This document shows positions 1-9,647 of a stretch of 64,000 bases of DNA, piece after piece. The notes beneath the pieces were generated by a model. It saw only the letters and a program-made list of their open reading frames with translations, was not told the origin of the DNA and made no database searches. Origin of the DNA: a virus; the IMG/VR virus record IMGVR_UViG_3300022752_000020, positions 1 to 64,000 of that record; one strand, 5' to 3'. Position 1 is the first letter of the stretch. Each line of letters starts with the position of its first letter. The position numbers and the translations under genes are program-made.

Positions 1-540
1 AATAAGTAAAATATATTTGTCTAAAGAGAAACTTTCGCCTTCTTGATACTGTATTTCGCACCGATACAGATTACTTTCATGCCATACATGTTGCCCTACT
101 AGATAAGGCAAATTTGGATACCATTTGACAATATCAATTCCTTGATAGATATGTTCAAAATCATCTGTATTAAATTGATAGCTATCCGAGGTGGTTTTAC
201 CTCGTAAAGGTTGTATATAATCCAGACGTAAAGGTTGTATATAATCCAGACCTTCTGCTATTTTTTTCCAAATAGAATGTTCATAATAAACTAGACTGCC
301 TACAGGATATTGATAATTTGGATTAAAATTTCCTATATCAGACTGATGAACTACCTTAATTAAGATATCAAAATAATCTTTATAATTAGGAAATTGCTTT
401 ATTAGCCAATCGAAACTATCTGTGACAAGGGCTATAGGAACATTCAAATGCTTTTTAGCCTGCTTTGCAGCATAGACAGCTATTTCAGTATAATCAATCT
501 GCTCGTTATTTAGAGCATACATTAATATACCTTTACTCAT
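1..540 (-). CDS. Partial (runs off left edge) putative glycosyltransferase-like protein with inserted CBM5/12-like modules
   Basis: Not in the ORF track. ATG at 540 overlaps the end of the 533..883 ORF and the frame stays open to position 1: MSKGILMYALNNEQIDYTEIAVYAAKQAKKHLNVPIALVTD... The N-terminus resembles GT-A sugar transferases. Modules FNPNYQYPVGSLVYYEHSIWK and WYPNLPYLVGQHVWHESNLYRC follow. Confidence 0.6.
   Translation of the reverse strand, partial: MSKGILMYALNNEQIDYTEIAVYAAKQAKKHLNVPIALVTDSFDWLIKQFPNYKDYFDILIKVVHQSDIGNFNPNYQYPVGSLVYYEHSIWKKIAEGLDYIQPLRLDYIQPLRGKTTSDSYQFNTDDFEHIYQGIDIVKWYPNLPYLVGQHVWHESNLYRCEIQYQEGESFSLDKYILLI
203..250. repeat. Perfect 24-bp tandem duplication (LDYIQPLR x2)
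   Basis: cgtaaaggttgtatataatccaga at 203-226 and 227-250, in frame in the minus-strand CDS. Confidence 0.95.
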
Positions 541-883
541 TGACTAGGGCCTCAACTGATCTATTCTTTTTAAGTATTTGATAATCATTATAATAACTAT
601 TACTAGCAATAAAATATTGATTAACAATATCTTCTAAAAATTGTTTCAAATCACTAATACGAATTGGCAGTTCATTATCATCAATGACTACTATATCATT
701 TATATTATCCAAATCAACTAAGGTTTTTATAAAAGTAATTAGCTCTTTGGTAATTGTAAATGTGCCCCCATTTTGGTAATAGACACAGTCATTACGATAT
801 TTTTCTTTAAGAGAGCGTTTTTGATTATTTAGAGTTACCATAAAATTGGCAAACTCGAGAGCTTTTTCTAAGCGTTCGTCCAT
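533..883 (-). CDS. Hypothetical phage protein
   Basis: 116-aa ORF with an AGGA SD and a TAAGTA late-promoter-like motif at 905-910; coupled to the downstream gene. Confidence 0.8.
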   Translation of the reverse strand: MDERLEKALEFANFMVTLNNQKRSLKEKYRNDCVYYQNGGTFTITKELITFIKTLVDLDNINDIVVIDDNELPIRISDLKQFLEDIVNQYFIASNSYYNDYQILKKNRSVEALVNE

Positions 884-935
884 ATATTTTCCTACATGAT
901 AACGTACTTATCTATGAAGAAAAATATAAAAAAAT

Positions 936-1832
936 TTATGGTCCAGAAGTTGTAGTAACTGTTGGCGCACTTAAGGTCACTGTAGCACCAGTTGGAGGTG
1001 TAGCTGCTTGAGGTCTATAAGTTTGAATTTTACTGTTTAAAGTTCCGTTTACATTTTCATCAACATTTTCAATTTGATCATCTCGATAAGTAATTTGCCA
1101 TGTCATTTGTGTTGCTGTTCCTGCACTATTACTTGCCACATTACATTTTGCTTCTACTTGAATGTCATTTTGAGAGTATGTTGCACCGCCTGTAATTGAA
1201 AATATAGTTTGATAAGTATTAGTTAAATCATACCAACCTACATTCGAGGCACTTCCTGCAGAAGCAGTCGTCGATTTATATTTGAATCTCATTGGACTAA
1301 AACTATTTGTTAGATTATACCAAGCTGTACCTTTACCTGCGCCATAACTTGAAATCGAGGGAGAAAATCTAATCTCTCCGCCAGCGTTAAAATAATATCT
1401 ACCTGCATCAGCACTAGGAAATGAAATAGTAACAATATGTACTATATTTCCATTCCAATTAGAAATTGAAGGGGACACTGCATCTCCTAAAGACATCTGA
1501 GCAGAAGAGGCATTAAATCTAGTACCAGTTAATGCTGTAATTGCATTTGAATATGCTGTCCAATCACTAGCATAAATTACACCTCCAGATGAGATTGTAG
1601 CTAGAGCAGGACTATACACAGCATTTGTCTGATGAATGGATATTGACTCTATATCTGCTTTTAAATTTATTAAGTGACTAGCTGCAACATTTGCCGCTAC
1701 AGCAACTTGGGAACTAGCCAGCGGTTGACCATATCCTTTATCACCCGTTCCAGTGCCTAAAATAGTGGCTACTGCACTTTGTATTCCATTATAATCTGCC
1801 GCAAGTATGGTATTTCCAACACCAATTGTCAT
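936..1832 (-). CDS. Putative virion structural (tail/baseplate-associated) protein
   Basis: 298 aa, rich in Thr/Ser/Gly/Ala with beta-type composition; GAGGG SD and TAAATA at 1849-1854. Confidence 0.6.
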   Translation of the reverse strand: MTIGVGNTILAADYNGIQSAVATILGTGTGDKGYGQPLASSQVAVAANVAASHLINLKADIESISIHQTNAVYSPALATISSGGVIYASDWTAYSNAITALTGTRFNASSAQMSLGDAVSPSISNWNGNIVHIVTISFPSADAGRYYFNAGGEIRFSPSISSYGAGKGTAWYNLTNSFSPMRFKYKSTTASAGSASNVGWYDLTNTYQTIFSITGGATYSQNDIQVEAKCNVASNSAGTATQMTWQITYRDDQIENVDENVNGTLNSKIQTYRPQAATPPTGATVTLSAPTVTTTSGP

Positions 1833-1945
1833 TGTATTTTCCCTCGCTTATTTAAAGGATAACTACTTCAGTCATAGATTTACCATTTATGCATCTATAG
1901 TACTAAAAAAGTTTCCTTTTTATCACTTATATTATTTATTAAAAA

Positions 1946-2398
1946 TTATAATGTAGCATCCTCCATTCCTGCTGTACGCAGTTTAATTACATTACTTAGC
2001 TGCCACTGCTTAACATCCAGGGCTTTTGTGATTCCTAACCACTTATTTCTGAGGAGAGCAAATTCATTGATTATTTTTTCCATATCAACTACATCACTCT
2101 CACCTTCTACATAACGGTCACAGTCTCTACTACTCAATGCTCTTTGATAATTTTCAAGATATTTACGAAAATGTTGACTTTTAAGTTGTCTTAACTCTAT
2201 ATTTAGGTATTCTAAAATAGCTTCGATTTCCTGTAGTTGATTAAATCTATGTTCAACTATGCCAGGCATACTTGCACTGGCTTTTTCTATATTTCCTTTA
2301 ATACGTGTATCTGCTTTGGCATCTTCTAACTCACTATTAAAGTAATCTATAGCATCAGTAAGTAAGGTAATATCCCTTATTATCTTAGAATACCACAT
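1946..2398 (-). CDS. uvsY: UvsY-like recombination mediator
   Basis: Helical 150-aa protein with KYLENYQRALSSRD..YVEGE and KALDVKQWQLSNVIKLRTAGMED, typical of T4-like UvsY; lies next to uvsX. Confidence 0.8.
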   Translation of the reverse strand: MWYSKIIRDITLLTDAIDYFNSELEDAKADTRIKGNIEKASASMPGIVEHRFNQLQEIEAILEYLNIELRQLKSQHFRKYLENYQRALSSRDCDRYVEGESDVVDMEKIINEFALLRNKWLGITKALDVKQWQLSNVIKLRTAGMEDATL

Positions 2399-2400
2399 GA

Positions 2401-2643
2401 TTAATAATCATCTTCCTCGTCATAGCCATCTTCGTAATCTTCATCTTCAGTATCATCCTCTAGATAATACTCTATAGCAGTATCAAGATCAGGATCAGTG
2501 CCTAAAGCATTTTCTAATACCTTATCCTTAATGCCAAAATCAGCCAATAAATCAACAAATCCTTCGGCAGCTAAAGCTATATCCTCTTTACGAAGGTACT
2601 CTTTAAAAAATGTCCAGGTTTCACTAATTTGTGTATCATTCAT
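2401..2643 (-). CDS. Small highly acidic hypothetical protein
   Basis: 80 aa with about 28 D/E; start overlaps the uvsX end. Confidence 0.75.
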   Translation of the reverse strand: MNDTQISETWTFFKEYLRKEDIALAAEGFVDLLADFGIKDKVLENALGTDPDLDTAIEYYLEDDTEDEDYEDGYDEEDDY

Positions 2644-3691
2644 GTTCTACAGTTTCCTCTAAAATGGTTTCCTCTTTAGGTTTGATATTGGGGAAATCCT
2701 CCATTATCATATCTAATTTATCATTTTTCCATTCTTTTCTGTAATATAAATGTTCTTTACCTTGACTATCAACAAATTTAAGTCTATTTCCTTGTTGAGT
2801 TAAGATACCTTTGCCCTCAAACAAATCCACTAATCCACTATAAGGATCCATGCCTGTAGCATATGGGATCTTAATTTGAATATTTTCAAAAGGTTTAGCA
2901 TATCTGGTCTTCATAATCTTACAAGCACTACGAATACCTTTTACTTCACTTACCTTATTGCCATCTTCATCCTCTTTTAGCTTGAGCTTCTTCATGGCAA
3001 CTACAATACTTGACGCATAGATAAAACCCTGACCACCACTGATCTTGTCATCTGGATCAAACATATCCTGACTGGCATAGGTATGATTAGTAGCAACTAG
3101 GCCTACATTATGACTACCGAACATATTAACACAGTTACGTACCAAACTGGTCAATGCCTTAGGTTTACGACCCATATCACCTTTCATATTACCTGCTTCA
3201 AACTGATCTACATCAGTAGGAGTCAATAACATACCCAAACTATCAATAACAAACAATACTTTAGGCTTGCTATCTTCTGGCATAGCCTTATATTCTTTCA
3301 TAAACTCACTAATAGTTTTAGCAACATCATCAATCATTGCCATATTCAGTTTGAGTAGTTTACTTTCGTCAGTATCAACACCTAATGCTTCTAACCAAGC
3401 CTTATCTAATGCGTTTTCACTATCAATCAATACAACAAAGATACCTTGTTCTTGAGCATTCTTAATCAAATTACCACTACAAATATAACTTTTGCCGGCA
3501 CCACTTTCACCAGCAAATACAGTGACTTTGCCTAATGGAACACCTTTCTTAAAATCACTGCTAATCAAATAGTTTAGGGCATAGTTACCAGTACTGACCC
3601 AATCTGTAGGATCATTAAAACCTACGCCAAGCCCATCAATACTCTTTGTCAAAGTTTTTCGAAACTTACTTAAGTCAAACGCCTTTATCAT
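2636..3691 (-). CDS. uvsX: UvsX/RecA-like recombinase
   Basis: Walker A GESGAGKS, IDSENALD, Walker B VLFVIDSLG, TNHTY and SGG motifs. Confidence 0.95.
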   Translation of the reverse strand: MIKAFDLSKFRKTLTKSIDGLGVGFNDPTDWVSTGNYALNYLISSDFKKGVPLGKVTVFAGESGAGKSYICSGNLIKNAQEQGIFVVLIDSENALDKAWLEALGVDTDESKLLKLNMAMIDDVAKTISEFMKEYKAMPEDSKPKVLFVIDSLGMLLTPTDVDQFEAGNMKGDMGRKPKALTSLVRNCVNMFGSHNVGLVATNHTYASQDMFDPDDKISGGQGFIYASSIVVAMKKLKLKEDEDGNKVSEVKGIRSACKIMKTRYAKPFENIQIKIPYATGMDPYSGLVDLFEGKGILTQQGNRLKFVDSQGKEHLYYRKEWKNDKLDMIMEDFPNIKPKEETILEETVEHE

Positions 3692-3708
3692 ATTATTATC
3701 CTATAATG

Positions 3709-3748
3709 AAAAGAACTCGAACCAAGAATCTTGTTCCCAGTCCGAGCC
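3709..3748 (-). terminator. Putative intrinsic terminator or hairpin between ssb and uvsX
   Basis: Minus strand reads GGCTCGGACTGGGA-ACAAGAT-TCTTGGTTCGAGTT-CTTTT: a 14-bp stem with G-U pairs that form only on this strand. Confidence 0.55.
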
Positions 3749-3758
3749 ATATTATTGA

Positions 3759-4742
3759 TTATTGTTGTTTATTACGATTACGGATCATAGATAAGATGTC
3801 GTTAGCACGACTTTCTGTACTCTTTGATTCGTCTGTAGTTTTAGATACAGCCTTTAATGCTGCTTTAGGTTGTGCTTTTGGTGTTTCAACTTCGTCATCG
3901 TGATCTTCAATTACTGCATCACTTGTACGACTAGAAACCATTGGATCACCGGTACGAGCACTAGCTCCGCTTGGTTTATAGTATTGTCCCCAACGATCCA
4001 TGTCAAATGCTTCTCCATCCACGCTGGCTTCAAACATTTCCTTGATTACCCTAAGTTCAATCTCAGTAGGTTTCTTAGGAAGGAAATCTTTAAGATTAAA
4101 CAATCCATATTCTTTCAATGCATCTTGTTCTTTCTCATTGAGTGGACGACTACGACGACTCCACTTGCTGGTGCCATAATCAGCATAACCACCTTTGCTT
4201 GATTTAATCATTTTGAAATCTACACCATTTACTACATCAGTAGGTAGATCTTCCATCTCTGGGTCCATCAAAGCCCCTTTGATAAGGGTAAAGATTTGAG
4301 GACCGATAATCAATCTACGGATAGGATTTTCTGGTATTTGATCTTCTTTAAGACCATCTTCTACTACAAAGCCTTGGAAAAGATAACTACGCTTTTTCCA
4401 ATACTTACGACCCATTGATTCAAGGTTAGGATCCTTAAACCAAGGACGTACTTCATTAAGAATTGGACAGGAATCGCCGTACATTTCCATACAAGGAACT
4501 TGTACTGCTACTTTTTTGTTGTCAGTTTCACCTTTGATACCAGCGAACTCAAGTTTAATAACAGCACGTTCTACCCAAAAGAAGGTATTGTTTGGATCGC
4601 CGTCTGGAAGGAATCTTACTGTACTTTCGCCGCCTTCTTTTAAATTCCAGAAGGGGTAAATGGTGAGGTCTCCGCCTCCTGTTGAACCGCCTTTAAGTTC
4701 TTGCTCTTTAAGTTTTGCCCTAATTTCTGCCAAAGTTGCCAT
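3759..4742 (-). CDS. T4 gp32-like single-stranded DNA-binding protein
   Basis: VRFLP, PC..YG..CP, RKYWKKRSY, G.DF...K..KGGYADY..SKW motifs; adjacent to uvsX. Confidence 0.9.
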   Translation of the reverse strand: MATLAEIRAKLKEQELKGGSTGGGDLTIYPFWNLKEGGESTVRFLPDGDPNNTFFWVERAVIKLEFAGIKGETDNKKVAVQVPCMEMYGDSCPILNEVRPWFKDPNLESMGRKYWKKRSYLFQGFVVEDGLKEDQIPENPIRRLIIGPQIFTLIKGALMDPEMEDLPTDVVNGVDFKMIKSSKGGYADYGTSKWSRRSRPLNEKEQDALKEYGLFNLKDFLPKKPTEIELRVIKEMFEASVDGEAFDMDRWGQYYKPSGASARTGDPMVSSRTSDAVIEDHDDEVETPKAQPKAALKAVSKTTDESKSTESRANDILSMIRNRNKQQ

Positions 4743-4821
4743 AGTTTTTCTCCTGTATTTGCCTATGTTTAAAATATTTGCCTATATGTCTGACACCTGT
4801 CAAACAAAACGCATACATGTT

Positions 4822-4850
4822 ATTGTATGCGTTTGTATTTATAAAATCAA
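4822..4850 (-). promoter_or_regulatory. Sigma70-like promoter with a nested T4-type late promoter upstream of ssb
   Basis: TTGATT(4850-4845)-N17-TACAAT(4827-4822); TATAAATA at 4843-4836 lies within the spacer. Confidence 0.6.
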
Positions 4851-4867
4851 GTAAAAAGGTGTATTAA

Positions 4868-7468
4868 TTATTGTTGTTTTGTCATTTGTTGAATTTGTTT
4901 CAACATACCTTTAGCTTGTTCTGGACTTAATTGCTCTGGATTCAATGTACCATTCATTAGATCACCCATCATTTTATTCAAATCCATACCACCCATATTT
5001 GGCATATTTCCTTGTACACCCTTCATCATATTGCCAGCTTGTCCTTGTACACCCTTCATCATATTGGTTACACTGCCACCAATATCATCTGGGTTGAATT
5101 TCATACCAAATGGTAATTTCATATTACCTGACATGCCCCTAAACTTATCCATTGCCTGATCATATCCTACTTCCTTACCATCAATCTGACCACTACTGGT
5201 ATTTGATTTGGTCATATTTTGAGCAGGAATTTTACTGGTAATGTCCTTCATCATTTGATCTGGATTTAAAAATTCTTTAATTCCCGATAATTTTAAAATA
5301 GCAGCCAATTCACCACTTTCTCTAGTGACTGGCTTGCCTTTTGGTGGGGGCGCTGTGGCACCATCTGGAGGACTTGGTATATTATTGATTACTCCTTTGT
5401 AATTAGGATTAGTTGGCTTTGGTGCTGCTGATGGTTTATTATAAGCCTGTGCTCCCCCACCTGCTCGTGCGCTTCCATAATTTGGGCTCATGTGTCCACT
5501 TACAATACCTTCTTCTGTATCTCTATCAAAACTTGGTGTTTTAATACCTGATAGTTCCAACATACGAGCCTGTTCATAACGTGCGTGATGACGCTCTTTA
5601 AGTTTACTCATAATTCGACCACAGGCACCTTCTACCATACGATCAAACATTTCTGCTTTAGGATTTTTTGGGTCAATACGATATTTTTCCTTTAACTCCT
5701 TACACATCTTGGTAACAAAGCCTTCTTCACCAATAGTAAATGTACCATTGTTCTCATTGAAGAACCCACTAACACGACTAAAAATTTCATCTACTATACG
5801 GTGCATCATCTTTCCTTCCATCATAGGAGCGGCAGGATTTGGGATCATTGGTCCAGGTGCTGCTCCACCGGCTGCTGCCATAGGATCCACTGGGGGTGGG
5901 GCTACTGGTGCTGCGGCTTCAGGAGGAGGTGCTGCTGGTTCTGGAGCAGGTGGGGGAGGTGGGGGAGGAGGTGCTGCTGGTGCTGCACTTGCCCCATCAA
6001 ATCCTAAACGATCACTCAAGTCTGTTCCATTCTCTGCATCATAACTTCTTAAAAACTCGTTGATGATTGGTCTAGCATCCATTTCATCTAAACCAAGATC
6101 AGCTAATAGAGCAAATGCTTTATTAAGTTTTTTCTCATCAATCATTCCAGCAACACTATCTATAGCATTTGATCCATTAGTACCTAATGGAAGTTCGCTG
6201 GAGAATAACTGTTTAAGTTGTTCCATAGCTTGATTTTGTACTTCTTCATCGCCACTAAAAACATCATCTGTTTCACTGACAATCTGATTCAAGTACTTTT
6301 CAAACATGCTAAATTCTTTAACATTTTTCATACCTTGTTGAGCAAGGTGTTTGGCACGACTATGTCCACCGTGTTTAGCTTTGTCCCCAGCTTCCTTACC
6401 CTTTTTAGGAGGATCTGGTTCAAATGGTGGATGATTGGGATTCTTAGGATCCCAAGGTTCTTTATCACCTTCTAGGATATCATCTAAACCAATTTCTTTA
6501 ACAGGCAATTGAGTTTCATCAACTAGTCTATAAATATAAGGAAAAGCATCCTTAAGTTCTTCATTAAAACTACGTACAGTTAACCGATCAATCCAATCAT
6601 TTAGAATATCTTCTGGTATATCATTTTTAGTTGCTACACTAAAATTTTCTTTAAACTGAACATAATGTTTTTGTACTTGTAGAGCATGTATCTCTTCTTT
6701 AATGTTGCCAATACGATCAATCACTTTAGTTTGTATATTGCCCATACTTTCACTTACTACAGGACTACGATCAACATAATTCTTAAATATTCTAAGTTTA
6801 CCTAATTCTTCACTTAGGCCAATAATATAATTACCAATGTCGTCAAAAAAACTACCACCTTCACTGATGTGTCGAGCCATTGCTCTTGCACCATTTAAAT
6901 GTTTAATAGGATATAAAAACCTTTCACCCATCATATTTTCAACATAGATGTGTTCAATATGCTGTGTTCTTCCATTAGGTGCGTTAAAATTAATAGGCTG
7001 CTTGTGCCTTACTATAATCTTTGCTTCACCTATCTCTTGATAACTGGTCTTGGTTGTACCAAATAATTTTGATTCATTCATGTTACCTTCCCCAACGGAA
7101 TGTCTTTTTACTAGATTACTTTGACTTGGATTTTGTGCATTAAAGTTTAAGCCATGTGTTTGAGCAAACTTAGGAAGTATACTACGAATAAACCTATCCC
7201 ATGCTCTATTTTGTACTTGATCAGTCCAAGTTACATCTAGTCCGGGTCCGCCACCCCCATCGTCTTTTTCATTTAAACTTACAGTTACATTAACTAATTT
7301 TTCACCATCTTCATCTACAAAGTCAAAGTTAAATTTTCTTGCATCCTCATCTGTTAAATTAACTCCATCTATAGGCTTATCATCTGCTGTACTACGCTGT
7401 AGGCTAGGAAATCTAGTCTGTAGTTGACGACCCAAATCTATAGCTATTCGTTCGAAATTTGCACTCAT
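4868..7468 (-). CDS. Large hypothetical protein, probable internal head/prohead-core protein
   Basis: 866 aa downstream of terL; Pro/Ala-rich linker, Met/Gly-rich tail, repeated LxLSGIK and many hydrophobic-x-E sites. Confidence 0.6.
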   Translation of the reverse strand: MSANFERIAIDLGRQLQTRFPSLQRSTADDKPIDGVNLTDEDARKFNFDFVDEDGEKLVNVTVSLNEKDDGGGGPGLDVTWTDQVQNRAWDRFIRSILPKFAQTHGLNFNAQNPSQSNLVKRHSVGEGNMNESKLFGTTKTSYQEIGEAKIIVRHKQPINFNAPNGRTQHIEHIYVENMMGERFLYPIKHLNGARAMARHISEGGSFFDDIGNYIIGLSEELGKLRIFKNYVDRSPVVSESMGNIQTKVIDRIGNIKEEIHALQVQKHYVQFKENFSVATKNDIPEDILNDWIDRLTVRSFNEELKDAFPYIYRLVDETQLPVKEIGLDDILEGDKEPWDPKNPNHPPFEPDPPKKGKEAGDKAKHGGHSRAKHLAQQGMKNVKEFSMFEKYLNQIVSETDDVFSGDEEVQNQAMEQLKQLFSSELPLGTNGSNAIDSVAGMIDEKKLNKAFALLADLGLDEMDARPIINEFLRSYDAENGTDLSDRLGFDGASAAPAAPPPPPPPPAPEPAAPPPEAAAPVAPPPVDPMAAAGGAAPGPMIPNPAAPMMEGKMMHRIVDEIFSRVSGFFNENNGTFTIGEEGFVTKMCKELKEKYRIDPKNPKAEMFDRMVEGACGRIMSKLKERHHARYEQARMLELSGIKTPSFDRDTEEGIVSGHMSPNYGSARAGGGAQAYNKPSAAPKPTNPNYKGVINNIPSPPDGATAPPPKGKPVTRESGELAAILKLSGIKEFLNPDQMMKDITSKIPAQNMTKSNTSSGQIDGKEVGYDQAMDKFRGMSGNMKLPFGMKFNPDDIGGSVTNMMKGVQGQAGNMMKGVQGNMPNMGGMDLNKMMGDLMNGTLNPEQLSPEQAKGMLKQIQQMTKQQ

Positions 7469-7473
7469 AGTAA

Positions 7474-7479
7474 TATTTA
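7474..7479 (-). promoter_or_regulatory. Late promoter TAAATA 5 nt upstream of ATG (leaderless arrangement)
   Basis: AATAAATA-TTACT-ATG(7468); no SD. Confidence 0.55.
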
Positions 7480-9057
7480 TTAGAAACTGCCAGAAACAAA
7501 GATTGGTAATGGTGCCACAAAATCCTCCTCTGTATGTACCCCGCTAAGGCTTTCAAATACTCTAGGATCCCAATCTGCTACTAGATTGCTCATTCTACAC
7601 AGTAGTAATAGGGCACTGACAAGATCATCGTGTTCACCTTCTTTAGCCTTAAAAGTAAATCCGTGTGCTATGAATGATTTTAATTCTGTAATCATAGGGC
7701 GACTGGCTATGTCCATTTGCCCTGTTTCGATAAGTGCTTTTAACCTAGCACAAGCAGCGATTTTAGCACTATGAGTAGTATTAAATCCTTTACGAAACTT
7801 GCGTACATGACCTTTGCGTATAGGTTCGCTGACCAAGAGTCCAGGAAACTTTTCTTCTCCTTGGTCACGTATTACAACAAGTCCTGCTTCTCCTACAGTG
7901 TTATTTTCTATACTCCAGTAAATATTTGTGGGATTTACTTTTTCAGCTAGATGATCTAATATATCTTTTAATACCTTAATCTGACCCTGTATTGGAGTAA
8001 TATTATGATACCACTCTGCTACTTGCTTAAATGTAGGAAGCTCAAACACTACAATAGCACTATAGTTTCCACCAGTGCCTAAACTAGGATCCAATGCTAC
8101 AAGATATAGCATTTCAGGATCTATCTTACGATACCAACGTGTTTGTCCCATTTTCCAGATAGGATCACGCCCAACAAGTTCACTTAATCTAATACTATTG
8201 ATTAGTGTTTCATCATAGATCAAAAACTCACAACCATATTCACGACGAAAACGTTCTTCACCAATACGACCTTGTTCTTCCCTTGCCCACTGCTCATCAC
8301 GATCTGGGTGCTCATTCCAACTACAGGTAAATGGAAAGAATCCATTCAATCCTAGTTCTGCCTCATTGCCAAACTCATCAAACTTGTTATTAGCTTCTTT
8401 CCATATGTTAGCAAAAGTATCCTCATCACTATTTGGTGTGCTAGTAATAATAGCACGACCACCAGTTGCCAATGTTGGGGATATTGAAGTCCAAAACTCG
8501 TCAGCAATGTTAGGTGGAACAAAAGCGAACTCATCACAATATAGTAGGGATATGGACATACCACGACCAGTATTACCAGTAGTTGTAGCACTGACAATAC
8601 GACTACCATTGTCAAATTCTATACTACCTTTGTTATAGTTTATAACACCACAACGAATAAAATCAGGGCATAATTCATAAGCATAACGTAGACGCTGCAT
8701 AATCTCATATGCACCAGTGTATTTGTGTGCTGCTATAAGAATTGTTTGGTCTGGATTAAACATAGCATACCATAACAAATAACACACAGCACAGGTAGTT
8801 TTACCCATCTGACGTGGTAACATGTTTACAGTAAATCTATGATTATGATAGGCATGCATAAGCCTTACTTGAAAATCAAAAGGATCAAATAATAACTTAC
8901 CTTGTACAGGATGTTGAATGTAATAAAAATGTTTACTAAAATATAGGTATCCAGTATCAGGATCGCTACATAGTAGCAAATCCTGAATCTGTTGTTCTGA
9001 AAATTTTTCTTTCTTGTGTGCTTTTTTAGTTAGTACACCATCTAACGACTTAACCAT
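7480..9057 (-). CDS. terL: Terminase large subunit (T4 gp17-like)
   Basis: Walker A PRQMGKT, Walker B LLYCDEFAF, ITSTPN coupling motif, RNase H-like LDPSLG and HDDLV. Confidence 0.95.
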   Translation of the reverse strand: MVKSLDGVLTKKAHKKEKFSEQQIQDLLLCSDPDTGYLYFSKHFYYIQHPVQGKLLFDPFDFQVRLMHAYHNHRFTVNMLPRQMGKTTCAVCYLLWYAMFNPDQTILIAAHKYTGAYEIMQRLRYAYELCPDFIRCGVINYNKGSIEFDNGSRIVSATTTGNTGRGMSISLLYCDEFAFVPPNIADEFWTSISPTLATGGRAIITSTPNSDEDTFANIWKEANNKFDEFGNEAELGLNGFFPFTCSWNEHPDRDEQWAREEQGRIGEERFRREYGCEFLIYDETLINSIRLSELVGRDPIWKMGQTRWYRKIDPEMLYLVALDPSLGTGGNYSAIVVFELPTFKQVAEWYHNITPIQGQIKVLKDILDHLAEKVNPTNIYWSIENNTVGEAGLVVIRDQGEEKFPGLLVSEPIRKGHVRKFRKGFNTTHSAKIAACARLKALIETGQMDIASRPMITELKSFIAHGFTFKAKEGEHDDLVSALLLLCRMSNLVADWDPRVFESLSGVHTEEDFVAPLPIFVSGSF

Positions 9058-9638
9058 TATCGTGTTTTAACTTCTTTGTACAAATTGGATAGCTTTTTAT
9101 ATAGGCTTTCATGCATTGGTGGATCTGCAGGATTTCTTGCAGGTGGAAAACTAGCTTTAGGTTTATCAATTCCTTCACCACTGCCATCGAATCCACCCAT
9201 ACGATCTACACCTGCTACCATAGACTCATCTGGTGAGTTTTCATATTCTTCATCAATGTCTGGATCTAAAAAATCATCTGCTGGGGATTTTGATAGAGGG
9301 CTCATTTCACCTCCATCTGGACCATCTCCATGACTATGCATGTCATGATCGTCTGGACCATCCATACCTATTAATATACCTGCTGGGCCTCCATCTGGAC
9401 CATCTGGTGAACTTATTCCATCATCACCTTTACCTTGTAGAATGTTTAATAATTCACGAATACCTTCTGCACCACTGGCATTCATATTAACACTCATTGT
9501 AGTTGGTCTGTCGTCTATTCCACCTAATGGGCTCATACCCATCATACCACATTCTTCGATAGGCTGTTGATTTTCTTTTAATACTTGACGTGGCTTGTCT
9601 AAATCTGCTATTGTTTTATATAATTTATTAAAGTCCAT
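9057..9638 (-). CDS. Acidic, low-complexity hypothetical protein (possible prohead/scaffold-associated)
   Basis: 193 aa rich in D/G/P; TAATG overlap with the terL start; AGGAG SD. Confidence 0.7.
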   Translation of the reverse strand: MDFNKLYKTIADLDKPRQVLKENQQPIEECGMMGMSPLGGIDDRPTTMSVNMNASGAEGIRELLNILQGKGDDGISSPDGPDGGPAGILIGMDGPDDHDMHSHGDGPDGGEMSPLSKSPADDFLDPDIDEEYENSPDESMVAGVDRMGGFDGSGEGIDKPKASFPPARNPADPPMHESLYKKLSNLYKEVKTR

Positions 9639-9647
9639 GTTAGCTCC

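Noticed and set aside
2636-9057. Inteins or introns in uvsX or terL
   Set aside because: Both have normal lengths and contiguous motifs, with no intein-like C/S...HN blocks.
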